64,000 nt of DNA from Octopus vulgaris. Lineage: Eukaryota. Positions 13,787 through 28,619 of this stretch are shown here, one piece after another. Within the stretch, counting starts at the first letter, position 1. Every line of letters begins with the position of its first letter. The notes beneath the pieces are model-generated. The model searched no databases. It was given only the letters and a program-made list of their open reading frames with translations, and was not told the DNA's origin. The stretch is taken from contig OX597840.1 in NCBI GenBank assembly GCA_951406725.2, positions 3,720,001 to 3,784,000 of the forward strand, given 5' to 3'. The translations under genes were made by a program, and so were the position numbers.

Positions 13787-14097
13787 AACCTTTACATAAA
13801 TAAATAACGTGAAATATGCGAAGGGACGAACAAAAAGACAAACGGTCATTCAAAGCCTTCATTCTTCAGTCAGAAACTGATCCCTCATTGCAGATTTTGG
13901 CTGTTTAATTCTGAGATCCGCTCTGAATCAGCCAGCCACAGAAGGAAAGAATGCAACGCAACAGAGACGAACATGAAACGAAAAATCTTTTTTGGGGACA
14001 GTAACGGTTAAAAACATGGATGACACAGGCGCCCTACGGCTTTGAGACAAAAAGAGAGACACAAAAACAAACAATGTTGGCTAACTTCAGTGTATAT

Positions 14098-14501
14098 ACT
14101 CTTTACTCTTTTACTTGTTTCAGTCATTGGACTGCGGCCATGCTGGAGCACCGCCTTTAATCGAGCAACTCGACCCCGGGACTTATTCTTTGTAAGCCCA
14201 GTACTTATTCTATCGGTCTTTTGCCTAACCGCTAAGTGACGGGGACATAAACACACCAGCATCAGTTGTCAGGCAATGCTAGAGGGACAAACACAGACAC
14301 ACAAACATATACACACACATACACATATATATATATACATATATACGACAGGCTTCTTTCAGTTTCCGTCTACCAAATCCACTCACAAGGCATTGGTCGG
14401 CTCGAGGCTATAGCAGAAGACACTTGCCCAAGATGCCACGCAGTGGGACTGAACCCGGAACCATGTGGTTGGTTAGCAAGCTACTTACCACACAGCCACT
14501 C

Positions 14502-14505
<4 letters not shown>
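14098..14505 (-). mobile_element. SINE family C, full length
   Basis: Close reverse complement of 29143-29562. Confidence 0.88.
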
Positions 14506-14545
<40 letters not shown>

Positions 14546-14567
14546 GTACCAGTTACGCACCAGGGTC

Positions 14568-14619
<52 letters not shown>

Positions 14620-14772
14620 GACCCTGGTGCGTAACTGGTACTTAATTTATCGACCCCGAAAGGTTGAAAGGCAAAGTCGCCCTCGACGGAATTTGAACTC
14701 AGAACATGACTGCAGACGAAATAGCGATAAGCATTTTGCCTGGCATACTAACGATTCTGCCAGCTCACCACC
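14620..14772 (-). mobile_element. Meta/MESC-domain SINE family D, 3'-truncated at (TA)n
   Basis: Contains GCCTTTCAACCTTTCGGGGTCGATAAATTAAGTACCAG on minus strand. Confidence 0.8.
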
Positions 14773-15278
14773 GTTATAGTGGATTATATATTGCGTACAA
14801 GAACAGGAGATTAGTAATTTACCATAACGATTCTGTTTCATGGCTTTGATATCCAAAAGGGAGGATACGTTACTGAAGACGCAGTTTTTTTAACCTCCTA
14901 TATTCAGCATGAACAACGAAAATATGACACTTGAAGACAGGGTATAATCAAGTGTAACTGCTATAGATTCCACCTTTCGGAGATTCTTCAAAGAATAAAA
15001 GAATTAACATTGAACATGTGTAGATGGAAATAAAATATACAAACATAAACACACACAACACACACACACATACACACACACGAATTCATTTATGTGTGTG
15101 TATGTGTACATACATATATAAATATATATATATATATACATATATATATCTATATATGTACACACACACATATATATATATATATATACATATAAAAATA
15201 TATTTATATATGAATATATATGTCTGTATATATATATACATATACATATATATATATGTATATTTATATATATGTATA

Positions 15279-15370
<92 letters not shown>

Positions 15371-15632
15371 TATCATTTAGAGTGTAGCTCATTTGTTATA
15401 AAGTGTTTGAAAAATGACATAGCTAGGATTTGAATAATTGGCAAAAAATAGGAAAAGATTGTGAATATGGAAAGGGGAATAAAAAATGTGAGCGAAAAAG
15501 GGTTGGAGGAAAAAATTAAGAAATTGAAAGAAAGATGTAAAGAGAGACAGAACGATCGCATAAATGAAAGGACTTATAGAAATGTAATGCTAACAAATGT
15601 GGTTTCATTTTAACGCTTAAAGAGAAGAGAAA

Positions 15633-15670
15633 GTGTGACGTTTCGAACGGTAGTCTTTCATCAGAAAACA
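15633..15670 (-). ncRNA. Minimal hammerhead ribozyme-like motif with canonical core
   Basis: Minus strand UGUUUU CUGAUGA A AGAC-UACC-GUUC GAA ACGU C ACAC; stems imperfect. Confidence 0.6.
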
Positions 15671-16067
15671 GAAGAATGAATAAAAGTGGTTAGAAAGAAG
15701 TGGACACGTGTTTTTGTGCGTGCGGGCGTATGTGCGTGCTGTGTATGTCTGTGTACAGGCATCGTGCTTGTCCTTCAATCCACCATTTTACAACCGATGC
15801 TGGTTTGTTTGCATCACTGTAACATAGTTGTTCGGCAAGAAAGAATCAATAAAATAAGTACCAGACTTAAAAGTATGCACCTGGATCAGTCTGTTCGAGT
15901 AAATTCTTCACGGTTTGTGCTCCAGCATTGCCGCAGTCAAATCTCTGTAAAAAGTAAAAGATGAAAGGTATATATATATATGTGTATATATATATATATA
16001 TATATACAGAGAGTGAGAGAGGGGGGAGAGAATGAAATAAGCTGAACAAGAGTTCACACGAAGACGG

Positions 16068-16097
<30 letters not shown>

Positions 16098-16101
<4 letters not shown>

Positions 16102-17110
16102 GCAATGCATCACGGCGTTGCCCGGGTGTTATGACATAAATCCATGTTGTATAATTTGTTCCTTTCTTATGGGTAGAGTCAACAGAGCTGATATATAGTG
16201 ATCTGATTATTGTTTATTTAAAAGTTATAGGGGAGGGTACAATTTGCATGGGTTTGCATAAAAGTGCTTTCTGTTCTTAAGATGAATCACAAATTATGTA
16301 TTGTTTTATCGTATAAAAGGCGTTTAATACGACTTTTTCCAGAAATCACGTTTTCAAAATTTTAATTTCCCCCCGTCCACAACTCTTTTACGAATCATAT
16401 TTTTTTAACCATGTAGAAAAATAAAGAGATTGCGAATCTGGGAAATATATATATATATATTTTTTTTTTTAAGTTCAATTTTTCTTAAAGAAAAACGCAA
16501 TACCCCTTCCACCGTCACCTACCCGCTTTCAAAAATCTAAAAACACTCAACGTTTCACTTTCGTCTGATCTTTCACGTATACGTAGAATTGTACTGAAAT
16601 AGCAGACGTGAAAAATATTAGTGCATCACCAGAAAACCCGACATGCTAGAAACAACAGGTAAATGACATTATTTCTGACGAAACTTAACCACTTTCCAAA
16701 AAGCTAAAATTTAAACATTGGGAATTTGTAGCTTTTTGAAAGTGAATGTTTGGGAAAGAAATTTTAATGTTTCTTTCAGAAAAAAAAAGGACATTCTTAA
16801 AGATTCGTATTCCCTGTTTGTTTTTTCTCTGTGGATTACCAAGGAAAAAAATTGAAAAAAGTAAAAGAAAAAGGAAGAAATTGGTATAGGGATGAAGAAG
16901 ATTAAAATATTGACAACGTAAATTTTGGGGCGAAACCTTAATTTCTTGCATTGAAGATAAAGGAATTGGAAGAAATTTTAGAAAAAAAATCTGAGGCATG
17001 GGGGCGTTATAGTAACAACAGGTAAAGGACAGGGTTTCTGGGGGAACTTCCTTTGAATTTATATCGAAGATCAGGTTTTTAAATACACTCATCACTAACA
17101 CGAATTACAG
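16098..17110. mobile_element. Possible Helentron-associated (DINE-1/HINE-like) non-autonomous element; far boundary uncertain
   Basis: Terminal ACTAGCA...CGGCGTTGCCCGGG motif; internal AACAACAGGTAAA duplication. Confidence 0.4.
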
Positions 17111-17574
17111 AATACAAAAAGGTGATTTCATTTGAATTTGAGCTGTAATTTTGCGCGTGCACATAGTAAGAAAGAACATAATTCAAACAGAAGTTTTACC
17201 CAGTGTGTGTGTGTGTGTGCCAAAGGAAGTTATTTTATAGCATTCTTTCGTTTGAAGCAGGAAAGTTGTATACTCTATAAGATGGTCGATCATATGGGAT
17301 CATATGATTCTTCGTTAATTTCCGTAAATTTATTTTATTTCATTATGCTCTGAAGAGAGGATAAATTGAAAGAGAGGAGAAAGTGAAAAGGTGACATTTG
17401 CTTTGAAGTAAGAGCAGAAAGTGAAAGAGAGGAGAAAGTGAAAGATGTATGTAAGTGTGTATGAAATGGACGTGTGTTTGTGCGTGTGTGCGTATGTGTG
17501 AGAGAGAGAAGGAGAAAGAGAGTGGGTGAAGGTGTGAGTTGTCATGTATGTGGATGTGGTACTTAATCGGTCTC

Positions 17575-17609
<35 letters not shown>

Positions 17610-17903
17610 GCCATCACGTGATTCGATTTCCTTTTCATTATTTCATATTTTATTTACTTTATTTAAATTTCATTCGATTTTTCTTAGCTACAATTTGCTT
17701 TCGCGCCATTTGCACAGGTTTGCGTGTCTATAAAACATGGAGCTAACATCCTAGCATCCGTTAACTGCTAACCTACAAATATACACTCTACATGATGTAT
17801 TGAATCCTCTGTTCTCTTAACTTCTATACTATACATGCACGTGCATAGATACACACACACACACACATACATACATACATACATACATACATACATACAT
17901 ACA

Positions 17904-17937
<34 letters not shown>

Positions 17938-17998
17938 CGTGTGTGTGTGTGTGTATACGTAGCTCAATTTATAGGCATACATTCATAATACATGCATG

Positions 17999-18030
<32 letters not shown>

Positions 18031-18047
18031 CATATATACATACATAC

Positions 18048-18080
<33 letters not shown>

Positions 18081-18165
18081 TGCATGTATTATGAATGTAT
18101 GCGTATAAATTGAGCTACGTATAGCATACTATTATTTATATTATATTGCATGATGTATACAAAAA

Positions 18166-18197
<32 letters not shown>

Positions 18198-19160
18198 ACG
18201 TTATATATACATATATGTATGCATATGTATATGCGTGTGTATGTGTGCGCATGTGCGTATTCGTGTGTATAAAGCATTATATATATATATATAAAACATT
18301 ATAGGTATTTATATCTGTGTGTGAATATTATATGTATATATGGTAAATGTCTCTTTACATATATAGTACACACATACACACACACACATGTACACATACA
18401 CACGTGCACGCACTATCATGCACGCACATGCATCTTCATGCAGCTCCATATACACAGAAGAAGGTGGGGTGACTTTGCAGTCAATAGACGTGAAAGGAAG
18501 GTATAAACATCCGGTAGAATTTTCTGTTGCGTGTTGGAGATGCTAAGATGCTCTTCTGCACAGAGGTAGACCCAAATACATATATATGCACACATGCATA
18601 CACACGCATACATATATATGTACAGACACATAGACGCAAACATGGCCCCTAAAATACTCATACATCATGGCGTATGTTATACACACAAAAGCTTTGTGTT
18701 CAACGAGAAATCCAATGGATGCACTTCAGCATATATATATGTGTGTGTGTGTGTGTGTATGTAAGTATGTATATACACGCTTATAAACATACGTGTACTT
18801 GCATGCACACGGTCTACGCATGTGTTTGTATACATGTATATACATATATATATATATATATATCTGTATGTTCGTATGTATGTATGTATATATATACGCA
18901 CATGAAAGACAAGTACGATGTATATAATTGTATATAGTTATATACAACATTGATGTATGTATGTATATACGCGTGTGTGTATATATATATATATAAGTGT
19001 GTGTGTGTGTATACATGCATATACATACATATAAATGCACATATATGCATATATATATATGCATATATACTTATGCTTGCAAATACATTCTTGTACCTAA
19101 TCAGACTTAAACATATGTATATATACATATATATATACATATACATACATATACACACAC

Positions 19161-19194
<34 letters not shown>

Positions 19195-19266
19195 ATACAT
19201 ATACATACATATATATACATATACATAAATATATATATATATATATATACGTATATATATATATAT

Positions 19267-19322
<56 letters not shown>

Positions 19323-19695
19323 ACACATATATATACAATTATCGAATGAAACGTTTTATCGAAAGCAATCGATTTGATGAGATTCAATTAGATGACATTT
19401 CGTGATTTCGCAGGTATGTGCCAATAGATGATCACCTCTATTCATCTGTAGCCCTTTCCTGTCTACGATCAGCTGCTGCCGAGGCTGCTACTGCTGCCTA
19501 TTCACTGTTTACCTACTTCACCTACTTCTAGCAGCACTGAAGTCATTTTGTGTTCTTGGAGTATCTGATCAACGGACTGAAGAATGCTACAGGTTAAATT
19601 CTTGAATTCTCGTCTCCAATGGTCTAAGAGAGGAAAAAACATACGGAGAATTTTATGAAGGGTCATGCTTAGGTGTGTGTGTGGTTGTGTGTGTT

Positions 19696-19737
<42 letters not shown>

Positions 19738-19788
19738 TGTGTGTGTGTGTTTGTGTATGTGCGTGTGTCTATCTATTTCTCTATCTAT

Positions 19789-19970
19789 TGAGCTGGTAGA
19801 ACCGTTAGCACGCTAGATGAAATGCTTAGCGGTATTTCGTTTACCGCTAGGTCGTCTTTACTTTTCATCGTTTCAGGATCAATAAATTAAGTACCAGCTG
19901 AACACTGAGGTCGATGTAATTGGCTCGACCCCTCCGCCAAAATGGCTGCACTTGTTGCAAGATTTGAAAC
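19789..19970 (+). mobile_element. Degenerate SINE family D
   Basis: GAGCTGGTAGAACCGTTAGCACG head and Meta-like domain. Confidence 0.7.
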
Positions 19971-20146
19971 CATTATTGTTGTTGTTATTGGTGCTGTTAG
20001 TGATGGTGGTGGTACTGTAGTTATTGTTATAATAATAATTATTATATATATGTGTGTGTGTGTATACACAACATATATACACGCAAGTATATATGCAGGT
20101 GTGAGTGTAAATGTATAATATATATAAATATATACATATACATATG

Positions 20147-20464
20147 CTGAGACCCCTTTCGGTCAAGTCTGACCATGGGATTGCACCTAGAAAGTTACCC
20201 TCCCAGGCAAAATCCGGGCAAGGTTGTTTATGGAAGACCAGCAGTCACTCATGCGTACCGGCCTCCTCTCTCCACGCCACCAGTGTTATCCAAGAGATAA
20301 GGCAAAGGCCGATACAGATTGGCACGTGCGACTCATTTCTACAGCTGAGTGAACTGGAGCAACGTGAAGTAAAGTGTCTTGCTCAAGAGCACAACACGCA
20401 GGATTCGAACTCACAACTTCACGATCGCAAGCTCGACGCTCTAACCACTGAGCCATGCGTCTTC
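20147..20464 (-). mobile_element. CORE-type SINE family B
   Basis: Homologous to 6162-6501. Confidence 0.85.
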
Positions 20465-20535
20465 ACAAAAGACGAAGACAGGTGGTGTACAAAACAAACA
20501 GATGTATTAGTATAACGCTCAGGAATGGAAAAAGT

Positions 20536-20571
20536 CTTTTACGTTTCGAGCCTACTCTCTTCTACAGAAAG
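20536..20571 (-). ncRNA. Minimal HHR-like motif, family H2 (CUGUNGA core)
   Basis: Minus strand CUUU CUGUAGA A GAG-AGUAGG-CUC GAA ACGU A AAAG; element ~20465-20607 abuts (TA)n. Confidence 0.6.
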
Positions 20572-20605
20572 AGATACAGAAAAAAAACAAGGAGAGAAAC
20601 AAGGA

Positions 20606-20661
<56 letters not shown>

Positions 20662-20793
20662 TTTATTCAAAAGCAGCAGAAATTCAACAAAACTTGTTGA
20701 ATTTCTGCTGCTTTCAAATAAAGCATATTACTCTATCCCTGGTATTTGAGTACTCATTTTTTCCACCGTGTTTCACATTTATGTGTTTACTCC

Positions 20794-20913
<120 letters not shown>

Positions 20914-21145
20914 AGACATGCAGACATGCGTGTGAAGCTCTGTTTAAGTGCATCAACGAAGGACTACACCAATGTAAGTGTGCTTTTGTATGTGTACCTG
21001 TATGCGTGCGCGCTTGTTTATTGGGGAAACATGGTGGTCGGAAACTACAGAGTTCACAGTAAAATCAAACGCGCAATATCGTACAGAAATTTCTCTTTTG
21101 AAATTATATCATAAAGAACATAAATTATATACTTATATGCGTTTA

Positions 21146-21194
<49 letters not shown>

Positions 21195-21409
21195 TTACCG
21201 ATATTTACGAATATGTATATATGTATATATATGTGTGTGCATATACGCACACACACACACATATATATATATATATTTAAATGTATATTTATAAACATGT
21301 ATATTTGTGTGTGTGTACGTATATACACAGAGAGGGGAGGAGGGGAGAAGAAACGAAAAATAAGTCAATAGATAGATATATTGTTCATTATGTAGAAAAA
21401 CAGACAGAC

Positions 21410-21990
<581 letters not shown>

Positions 21991-22553
21991 TATATATGTA
22001 TAGGTATGTAGATACATTGAAAGAGAGAGAGGGGGGAAGAGAGAGATTAGAATCAAAGCGACAGGTTGAAAGGGAGAAGGAAATAAATGAAGAGAGAAAG
22101 ATGGAGGAAAGAAAAAGGTGAAAAAAAAAATTGGTCGTATTAAGGTGCTCATGATTCTATAGGGTTCTAATTATTGAAATAGATGTGAAAGAGTTATTGA
22201 TGTTTTGGAAACGAGGCTATTCATCTAGTGTGTGTGTGTGAGTATGTGTATGTGTGTTCGCACGCGGGGGTGTGGGTTTTGTATGTTTGCGTGTGTGTTT
22301 GTGTGTATGTATGTGTATATGTGTGTGAATATGTAAGCCATGTTGCTGGGTTTTTTTTATATTTTTTGTTTTCGCATTCGTTGCAGCTATGGTACCTTTG
22401 TAACTGTGTAAATGTTTGCGCATGCGTGTATGTGTTCCTAGGCGCATGTGTGAGTATATATGTTGGTTTGAAACTACGATGGCTTTAGTAATTTAAGTGC
22501 TTGCATGAGTATATATATACATCATATATATATATATATAAATATATATATAT

Positions 22554-22614
<61 letters not shown>

Positions 22615-22797
22615 GTTATATACAATATATTTAATGTTCTATATCATATATTATACATTAAATCAATAGATTATATTATATATTATTTAATCAATACACT
22701 ATGTATTTATTCGGTTGTATATGTATGTGTGTATGAGTGGGTGTATATACACACACACACACATACAGACACACACATATATCTAAATATATATACT

Positions 22798-22850
<53 letters not shown>

Positions 22851-23143
22851 GTTTATATATATATTTATTTAGATACATATAAGGATGTATGTGTGCATGT
22901 ATATATATGCATATATATATATATGCATTTGTGTATGTGTGTGGTAGTGTGCCGGTGGTGGTGGTAGTGGTGTGTGTGTGCGTGTGTGAGTAAATAAGTC
23001 ATGCTACTATGATGTATGTATGCACTTATGTATGTATGTATGTATGTATGTATATGTATTTGTATATATCTATCTTATATTCATACATAGATAGAAACAC
23101 CTATGTGTATATACATATTCCAAAATATATTTCATTATTATTA

Positions 23144-23213
<70 letters not shown>

Positions 23214-23347
23214 GCACATGGAGTGTGTGTGTGCATTAAAATCAACGACGTATTTTTTAACTATATATCAATATTTGTGTGTATATACATATATACAGAC
23301 ATATATATACATATATATATACGTATATACATATATACAGACATATA

Positions 23348-23393
<46 letters not shown>

Positions 23394-23740
23394 ACCTAAC
23401 TATATATTATATAATATTATAATTAAGGTATACATATGCATATATATAACTTCATGTATGTATGCGCACGCATTCACATACACACACACAAAAACACATA
23501 TATACATGCAGAACACCAACATAGAATCTATTTGTGAGTCTGAAATGAAAGTGTTTGTAAGTCAGTTGTTCTTGTTCTTGATGTTGCCGCTCTCTCTGAT
23601 TATGACGATGCTGATGATGATGCGCATGATGATGATGATGATTAAGATGATGATGGTAATCGTCTTTCCCCAATTGCCTGTCTTTGTGCGTTTGCGAGTG
23701 GGTTTGAGTTGATGTGTAAGTGAGTGTGATCGTGTGTCGG

Positions 23741-23818
<78 letters not shown>

Positions 23819-24178
23819 TGTATGTATACTTATCAATAAGTATACATGTGTGATTGTGTGTATGTTTGTTTCTTTCATATGTCTTGTATCAATGGATTCC
23901 ATATAACTAGGAGTGTTAGCGACTAGCCACTATGCTGTCGCTTTCAAAGTGAGCATGTTTCTGTTAATATATATATATTATACATAAACCCGTATGTGTA
24001 TGTTTATTGATGTATGTACCTACTTTGATGGATAGTCGAGTGTATGTGTGTGTGTGTATGTTATGTATGTCAACGTATGAGTTTTTTATGTATGTATGGA
24101 TATGCTTATTGGTTCCTTCATATTCTAATATTTAACAGGTGACATATGTATCTGATGGTAGAGCGCTATTGCGTAACG

Positions 24179-24555
24179 TACGAGTTGCATTCCAGAAGAT
24201 TTGAGACTGTTTCAGTTGAGATATTTATTAATTTCGTCGCAGTACAATCTAATCTCCTTTGAAGTGAAATCCACTAAATTCAGTGCAGTTGTATTACTTT
24301 AGCCACTTTGTGACAGTCTCTTGGAAAGCCTCAAAAGTGAAGATATCCAGGGCTCTTGTCACGGCCTCCATATTCTTCTTCAGCTTAGGGAAACCAACAA
24401 TCTTTGGGATTAAGGTCTGTACTGTTTGGGGTGTAGAAGACGGTTCCTGTGCCCATCTCTGTCAAGTAGTTGATTGCCAGGATGGAATTGTGCATTGTCC
24501 TGGTGTACGTGTTTTGGACCTCAACGAGTTGGTAGACAGCACACTTTTAATGTTT
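24179..24555 (-). pseudogene. Mariner transposase C-terminal remnant with probable TIR (irritans-like)
   Basis: Minus-strand HQDNA, PNSTDLNPKDCWFPKLKKN (YSPDLAPxD-like) and ..KWLK..GFHFKGD*; TACGAG.. TIR-like end at 24179. Confidence 0.7.
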
Positions 24556-24569
24556 TAATTAGCCAAAAA

Positions 24570-25154
24570 GAATGGATAGATGGATGGATGGATGGACGGA
24601 CGGAAGGACAGACATACGGATGGATCGATCGATCGATTGATCGATGCATCGATGGACGATGGACGGACAGAAGGATGGAAGGATGGGTGGATGGATAGAT
24701 GGATGGATGGATGGATGGAAGGAGGGATGGATGGATGGACGGACGGACGGATGGATGGACGGAAGGACGGATGGACGGATGGGTGGATCGATGGATCGAT
24801 GGACGATGGACGGACAGATGGATGGAAGATGGATGGATGGATGGATAGATGGATGGATGGATGGACGGACGGACGGACAGACGGACGGAAGGAAGGACGG
24901 ACGGACGGACGGACGGATGGGTGGATCGATGGATCGATGGAAGATGGACGGACAGATGGATGGAAGGATGGATGGATGGACGGGGTGCATGGATGGACGG
25001 ACGGACGGACGGACGGATGGATGGATGGACAGATAGACAGACGGACGGATGGATGGATGGACGTATGGATGGATGGATGGACACATAGACAGAGACAGAT
25101 ATGCAGACAGACAGGCAGACAGACAGACAGAAAGATAGACAGATAGATAGATAC

Positions 25155-25191
<37 letters not shown>

Positions 25192-25290
25192 AAAACAGAT
25201 AGATAGATACATACATACATGCATACAAGCATACATACATACAAACGTAGGTAGGTAAGTAGGTAGGTAGGTAGGTAGGTAGGTGACAAA
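24570..25290. repeat. (GGAT/GGAC/GACA)n compound tetranucleotide repeat
   Basis: Seen directly. Confidence 0.95.
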
Positions 25291-25887
25291 CAGACAGATG
25301 GACAGGTGGACAAATACATAGCTTGGTAAACATACAGATAAAAAAAACAGATAGACAAGAGGCAGATAAATTACCAGACAAACAAACATACACGAAGTGA
25401 TAAACAGAGCCAGACGACGAATGTGCTTGTAAGATAATATGAAATAAACGTAAACAATAACAACAAACAATACGAAAACAAAAACTGAAAATTTAAAGAA
25501 AAATTTCAATGAAATATTTTTAAAAACAACAGCGTTATCAACAACAGCAACAGAAACAAAGACAAATACTGCTGCAGTAGCATTAGCAACAACAACAACA
25601 ACAACCACAGCACCAGCAACAACAATAATTACTAATCTATTGTATATAGTAATTAACGCTGGATTATCGTAAGAAAAGACTAAAGCAAAATGGCGCCCTT
25701 TAACGCCGTTTTATCTTCGCTGACATTAAGGTAAATGTGAGAATATATCGGATTAACGATGTTAGTGAAGAATTATAGGATAATCCAGTAATTTATTTCG
25801 GTAATGAATGGTATAACTGAAAGAATAACTGTGATGATAATAATAATAATAATAACAACAACAACAGCAATAATAATAATAATAATA

Positions 25888-26323
25888 CATGCCCTGATGC
25901 AGTACAAGGCAATGGCTGTCATGGTTTCTGATCTTAACTGATTGGAAGTGTTATCATGTACATTGTTTTGTCTTGCTATTAAAGATAGGCTACAGCAAAT
26001 ATTCTGCTCAATACCACAGATTTGCTTGTCAGTTGTTTGACCTTAACCAGTTGACCATGTCCCTTAGTGGCTGAAGATATGTGCATCTCTGATCACGAGC
26101 AGAGGTAGTGGGGGAGCATCATAGCCATGTGTTGAGAGGAATTCTTTGGGGTTTGAATAATTCACCTCTGGAAACATGGGTGGTTTTTTCAACGTCCTTA
26201 AACAACCCTTATTCAGGGACCGTTTGAGCGGGATGGGTTACTCGACCAGAAGAAATTTTTAACTGGGCCCCACCGGCAAGGTCATGCGCTGTTTATCTTC
26301 ATATGAGATAACCATGTTGCGCA
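25888..26323. mobile_element. Probable interspersed repeat (possible LINE 3' UTR) starting at a (TAA)n tract
   Basis: High-complexity block bounded by (TAA)n and a SINE, no ORF; class is inference. Confidence 0.3.
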
Positions 26324-26512
26324 GTCATGTGACTGTGGCCATGCTGGAGTACCGCCTTTGGTCGAGCAAATCGATCCCAGGACTTATTCTTTGTAAGCCT
26401 AGTACTTATTCTATCGTCTCTTTTGCCGAACCGCTAAGTTACGGGGACATAAACACACCAGCATCGGTTGCCAAGCGATGTTGGGGGAACAAACACAGAC
26501 ACACAAACATAT

Positions 26513-26575
<63 letters not shown>

Positions 26576-26787
26576 CATAGTTGATCCAAACATGAAAACA
26601 CAAAGAGAGAGCACAACAACGCGAGGACGTGGAACAAATATAGTATCATTGGACGCTCAGGAAAGAAGGAGGGTTTAACGTTTCGAGCGGAGCTCTTCGT
26701 CGGAAACATAGAAGAAGGAAAGATCCAGAGAAGGGAAGACAAAGGGAAAAAAATCGCCAACGGTACACACGCGGTCACATTTTCAAT

Positions 26788-26818
<31 letters not shown>

Positions 26819-26990
26819 CATATATACGACGGGCTTCTTTCAGTTTCCATCTACCAAATCCATTCACAAGGCTTTGGTCGACCTCAGGCTATAGTAGAAG
26901 ACACTTGCCCAAGGTGCCACGCAGTGGGACTGAACCCGGAACCATGTGGCTGGTAAGCAAGCTACTTACCACACAGCCACTCCTACGCCT
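26324..26990 (-). mobile_element. SINE family C with nested H1 HHR element (26579-26786)
   Basis: Same composite architecture as 4571-5131. Confidence 0.85.
26673..26707 (-). ncRNA. Minimal HHR-like motif (H1, U4C)
   Basis: GUUU CCGACGA A GAGC-UCC-GCUC GAA ACGU U AAAC; stems I and II perfect. Confidence 0.7.
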
Positions 26991-27319
26991 GGGCATTGGG
27001 CATTTAATGTAAAAGTTCTAATTTTCAGACATATATTCAAAAACTTTTGGCCGCAACTGTATATGTGTATGTGTATGAGTGAGTATATGTACCTATGTAT
27101 ATAAATGTATAGTGGTGGACTACATTGCGACTTCTTAATCTGTGACCTTATAATGTGATTTGATATCATTTCTCTCTTATTTCTATCGGGTTTCGTGCTC
27201 AAACAGAAGCTATTTCGTTGAATGCTGTGAGGCCAACTGACATAGTTGCGACCTGATATGTGAGAAAATATTGTTAAGCGGGAGTAACGTCTGCTATCGA
27301 CTTCCATAGCACAGCTCTG

Positions 27320-27860
27320 TTTCTCTCTATCTCTCTCACTCTCTCTCTCTTTCTCTATCTCACTTTCTATCTCTCTCACTCTCTCTCACTCTCTCTCTTT
27401 CTCTATCTCTCTCACTCTCTCTCTCTTTCTCTATCATCCTCTCTTTCTCTCTCACTCTCTCTCTCTCTCTTTCTCTATCTCCCTCTCTTTCTCTCTCACT
27501 CTCTCTCTCTTTCTCTATCTCCCTCTCTTTCTCTCTCACTCTCTCTCTCTTTCTCTATCTTCCTCTCTTTCTCACTCACTCTCTTTCTCTTTCTCTATCT
27601 CCCTCTCTTTCTCTCTCACTCTCTGTCTCTTTCTCTATCTACCTCTCTTTCTCTCTCACTCTCTCTCTCTCTTTCTCTATCTCCCTCTCTTTCTCTCTCA
27701 CTCTCTCTCTCTTTCTCTATCTCTCCTTCTTTCTTTCTCACTCTCTCTTTTTCTCTACCTCCCTCTCTTTCACTCTCACTTTCTCTCTCTTTCTCTCTCA
27801 CTCTCTCTCACTCTCTCTCTCTTTCTCTATCTCCCTCTCTTTCTCTCTCATTCTTACTAT
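27320..27860. repeat. ~36-38-bp CT-rich minisatellite
   Basis: Unit CTCTCTCACTCTCTCTCTCTTTCTCTATCTCCCTCTCTTT repeated. Confidence 0.9.
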
Positions 27861-27891
27861 CTCTCTGCCTCATACACACTCTCTCTATATA

Positions 27892-27931
<40 letters not shown>

Positions 27932-28338
27932 CCTATTTATCTATCTATTTCTCACTCTATCTATCTATATTTCATACTCTTATTTGATTTAATGGTGGTG
28001 GTGGTGGTGGTGGTGGTGTCGTCGTCGTCGTCATGGTGATGGTGGAGATGGTGGTGGTGGTGGTGGTGGTGGTGGAGATGATACTGGTGGCTTCTGTGAT
28101 CGTCGTGGTGATAGTAGTCGTAGTAGTGGTACCTTAATAAGGATAAAATGAATTATTCTCCTTTTACCTGCCTGGGGACAGAAAATGCTTATACATTTAT
28201 ATATACAGACACACACACACACACACGTATATATGTGTGTGTATGTGGCTGTGTGTATGTCTGTATGTATGTGTGTGTTTGTGTGAATGAGTAAAAATAT
28301 AAATTCTGCTCGTGTTTATGCATGTATATATGTATGTT

Positions 28339-28492
<154 letters not shown>

Positions 28493-28561
28493 ATACATAT
28501 ATACATGCATAAACACGAGCAGAATTTATATTTATATTATTTATATATATATATTTATATT

Positions 28562-28619
<58 letters not shown>

